Part shown: positions 61,021 to 64,000 of the stretch, in pieces
How positions within the stretch are numbered: position 1 is the first letter of the stretch
Layout: the number at the start of each line of letters is the position of its first letter
Assembly: GCF_048593235.1 (NCBI RefSeq)
Contig: NC_133620.1
Location: 371,781,261-371,845,260, forward strand
DNA from: Sminthopsis crassicaudata
Lineage: Eukaryota
Reading direction: 5' to 3'
DNA length: 64,000 nt
Position numbers and translations under genes: made by a program
Notes under the pieces: generated by a model
Databases searched by the model: none
Told to the model about the DNA's origin: nothing
What the model saw: the letters and a program-made list of their open reading frames with translations, nothing else

Positions 61021-62819
61021 CAGGCCTTTGACATTTTCTTGCTGGGTTCCTTTGAAACTTCATAGTCATTTCAGCTAGGGGTTCTACCTCCATGCTTTTC
61101 TTTCTGGGTAGATAACTTGAAAGAGGTAGTTACCCTAAGGGTTTTCTCCATTTTCACTTTTAAGCTGTCTTTCCATCAGGGGGAGCAGTTTCCTCCCCTG
61201 AATCACATGTAGCCATGCTTTGAATCTTTGAGCTAAAGACAATTCAAAAATGGGATATTGCCTATCTAGTTTTTGGAGAGAGGTAAACCAACTATTTTGA
61301 TGTAACTAAAGTTGCACAACTGATATGAAATTAGGAGAATTGGCTAGGAGCATCTTGCTACTTCTATTTCCGTAATTATTTTCTTTGTACTGCTTCAAGA
61401 GGATTATAAAGATTCTTATTGGGGCAACTTATACCCTCATCTAGAACTCCTAGGGGTCTGGGGTCTAGGGAGTGAAAGGATTTAGGGTTTTTTCAGTGAA
61501 TGGCTGTAGGTCCCAAAAGCTTTTCCCATTGCCAATGAGAAGGAAAAGATCCTACTCTGCTTTAATTATAGGTGGAGGGAGCAAGCATCAGCTTATGATG
61601 TTTTAAGTCTGGTAATGGGCTGTAAAAGCACTTAGAGCTACATTATAATATGAAGATTTAGTAGTTTGAGACGGTTAGGTTTTGGAGAGACTAATTCAGA
61701 CTATAGCTTTTTAAGTACCATCTTGAAATGATAAAATTTCCTAACCCTGTATAAGAGTGTTGATTGGCCAGTGTTAATACTACTCCATTTTCTCCTGTTG
61801 TAGTTTCACAAAACATGCACTTTTAGAACCAAACATAATTCCCACAACCCCCTGGGAGTTTTCTCAAATGTTCAACATGCACATTATCTACTAACAAATA
61901 CTTTCCCATCAACCTTTGACAGGCTTTGGCTTTTGTCATCTTGATTGAGCCATCTTGTTTGTAAATGCTGAGGAATATTTTGTCCTCTGCCAGTTTGCCT
62001 GGTTATTAACCTGTATCCTGCATAGCATGAAGTAATAAAGGAGAAAGGGATATGAATTCTGTCAAATGCAAAAAGAAAGGTAGTGTCAATGACTAGAAGA
62101 GGAAACGATCCTTCTCAACTGGAAAAAAAAAAAACCATGAAAATGCCTGAATATTTTAAACATTTTTAGAAAAGGTACCCCTGATAGTTGAAAATCAACT
62201 CTTTATTGTTGAACAATGAAGAGAACTAAAAATATTGCTCCTGCTGAGTTCATATCTTCACCAAGAGAAAAGAATCCCTCTCAACTCCAGACCACTAGTT
62301 ATTTCCCATGAACTCTTAGATTATTCTACACTAGGGCATAAGCTAATGCTCAAGTGGAATTCACCTGGATTAGCTTGTTTGTACTATGAAAATAGTCAAG
62401 TTGGGTGGGGGTCCTGCCATTCAAATCTTGAAAATGACCTACTGGGACTTGGCCTGAATGAGAAAATGGGAAGGAAAAAACTCAATCCTAATTAGGTGGT
62501 TATTAGAACAATCAATTTCATAAGGTTTAGGAACTAGCACTTTTTGTATCCCAGGATTTAGATTCTCCAGGAGCCAGCAGCCATTAGAGATTTGAAAGGG
62601 AGCCAGAAGAAGAGTCATGAATCTTAAAGGGTAGGAACTGGGTTTGGAAAGAAGTGACAGGAATAAGTCAGATTTGAGAAGAGTTGAAACCTGGGAAAAC
62701 AGGTAAAAAGATACTAAGGATAAAGAGGCTAAATCAGGTGATGAATCCGCTTCCCAAGTCCAAATCAGTCACTAGGGATTCCTGCCTTAATATCAAATAC
62801 ATTGTCCTTTGTTCTGAAA

Positions 62820-62965
62820 AAGGACCATGACATCAGGGAGGGGATGCCATGACTTGCAAGTGAATTGGATTTAAGTGAGGGAGGGCATACAAGGTCACTT
62901 GCCTCACTTTCCCCTCCAGAGCCATCTGGTTCCAGTGGCCAGAGAGATCAGGACAAACCTGCACT
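62820..62965 (-). mobile_element. RTE-associated SINE (WALLSI-type) fragment
   Basis: ggaccatgacatcagggagggatgccatgacttgcaagtgaattggatttaagtgagggagggc...tccagtggccag is the reverse complement of 12430-12690/24765-24925. Confidence 0.65.
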
Positions 62966-64000
62966 GGGCCCTTGACACTCAAGAGAAAATGAAGGTTTTG
63001 CTAAGTGAGCCATTGAGAGTCTACCAAGGAAACTTCAACAGTCGTGTGAACTGGACAGGCTACTAAATTTACCTGTGCATCCCAGCTAAATTTGTGTCAT
63101 TATCCAACACACCCATGTCACATAGGCCGCTGATACTGAGGAGCTTCCCTAGGATCCTAACAACCATGTCTGCAAGTAAGAATGACAGTCCTAGTCTGCC
63201 TCAAGGGTTCTCTTGTCCCTCCAGCCCTTTCCCCAAGATTTTGGATGTCTCACTTGGGCCTTATCAGTACTCCAGTGCTTTCTTGACTATTTTTCCTAAG
63301 GTTGTTCAATCTCAGTGTCCTGGTTTTTCCTGTTCCATGCACTGTTTAACTTAGAGCCTGATGCCCAAGTCACAGTCCCTTGCTCTAATCATAGCCTTAA
63401 TCATATTCTGATAACAATGGTGTCCATGTGGTCCTCTTGTGGTTGGTCAGAAGGGCCTACTCCGTGTTCAGTATGCACCACTGTGATGCTGGCAGAAGGA
63501 ACTAGGGCCAGCAATTTGCCTTTCACCTCAAACTAATAGCAAGACAGGCCCACTCCATGGGCAGGGAGCATAGAGCAATGCAGAACTATGTAATTTTAAA
63601 AAGGGCATGGTAATGAAAGGAATCAATGTAGAAGTGTAGAAGAAGCTGAGATCCACGGGAGTGTCCATGGGTAGAGTTAAAGGAATCGGGTCCAAGTTGT
63701 AGGAGGGGGAGAACAAGGGGCCAGGATTCATTAAGGAACACTAGATAACTCATTTTAAATCTGAGTTGAGATTTTCAGGGGTCCTAGGCCCATGGACACA
63801 GGCAGATATGAATGACCTCCTCATAACTTAGTCCCCTCTTCATTTCCCCTCAGGTCTGAGTCTCCAGAGCTCAATTAAAACAACTAGCCCTTCCATACCA
63901 TTCCCACATTCTCCAGCCACCAAATGCCTTCCTACACCAACAAGGGAAAAGAGAAATCCTCTCAAGGTGAGATGGGAAAATGGACTGGCTGCAAATGTCC

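Overview
Mammalian genomic DNA. The tRNA-derived CORE-SINEs (WSINE1/Mar1-like), RTE-type SINEs and marsupial-type L1 point to a marsupial, probably a dasyurid such as Tasmanian devil (inference). The window holds the distal end of the S100 cluster in the same order as human 1q21.3: S100A16 (-, 104 aa), S100A14 (-, 104 aa), S100A13 (-, 98 aa), S100A1 (+, 94 aa) and CHTOP (+, 247/248 aa). I reconstructed all five by hand with GT-AG introns and open frames. The first ~17.9 kb is intergenic and mostly L1/L2/L3/SINE remnants; the window has four N gaps (three in this part). There is no CRISPR array, rRNA or true tRNA gene, and I found no new protein-coding locus. The most interesting signals are post-transcriptional elements inside CHTOP: a perfect 16-bp hairpin with an ACUAAC loop in intron 1, a stop codon right at the intron 2 donor, a candidate poison exon in intron 2, two AATAAA signals just before the exon 3 acceptor, and an 84-nt in-frame Cys-rich candidate exon in intron 3. 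Elsewhere there is a palindromic TATA with a splice donor on each side between S100A13 and S100A1, a GATA-motif minisatellite and a strong CTCF site. These are hypotheses from sequence alone. Repeat family names and boundaries are approximate because no database search was possible.
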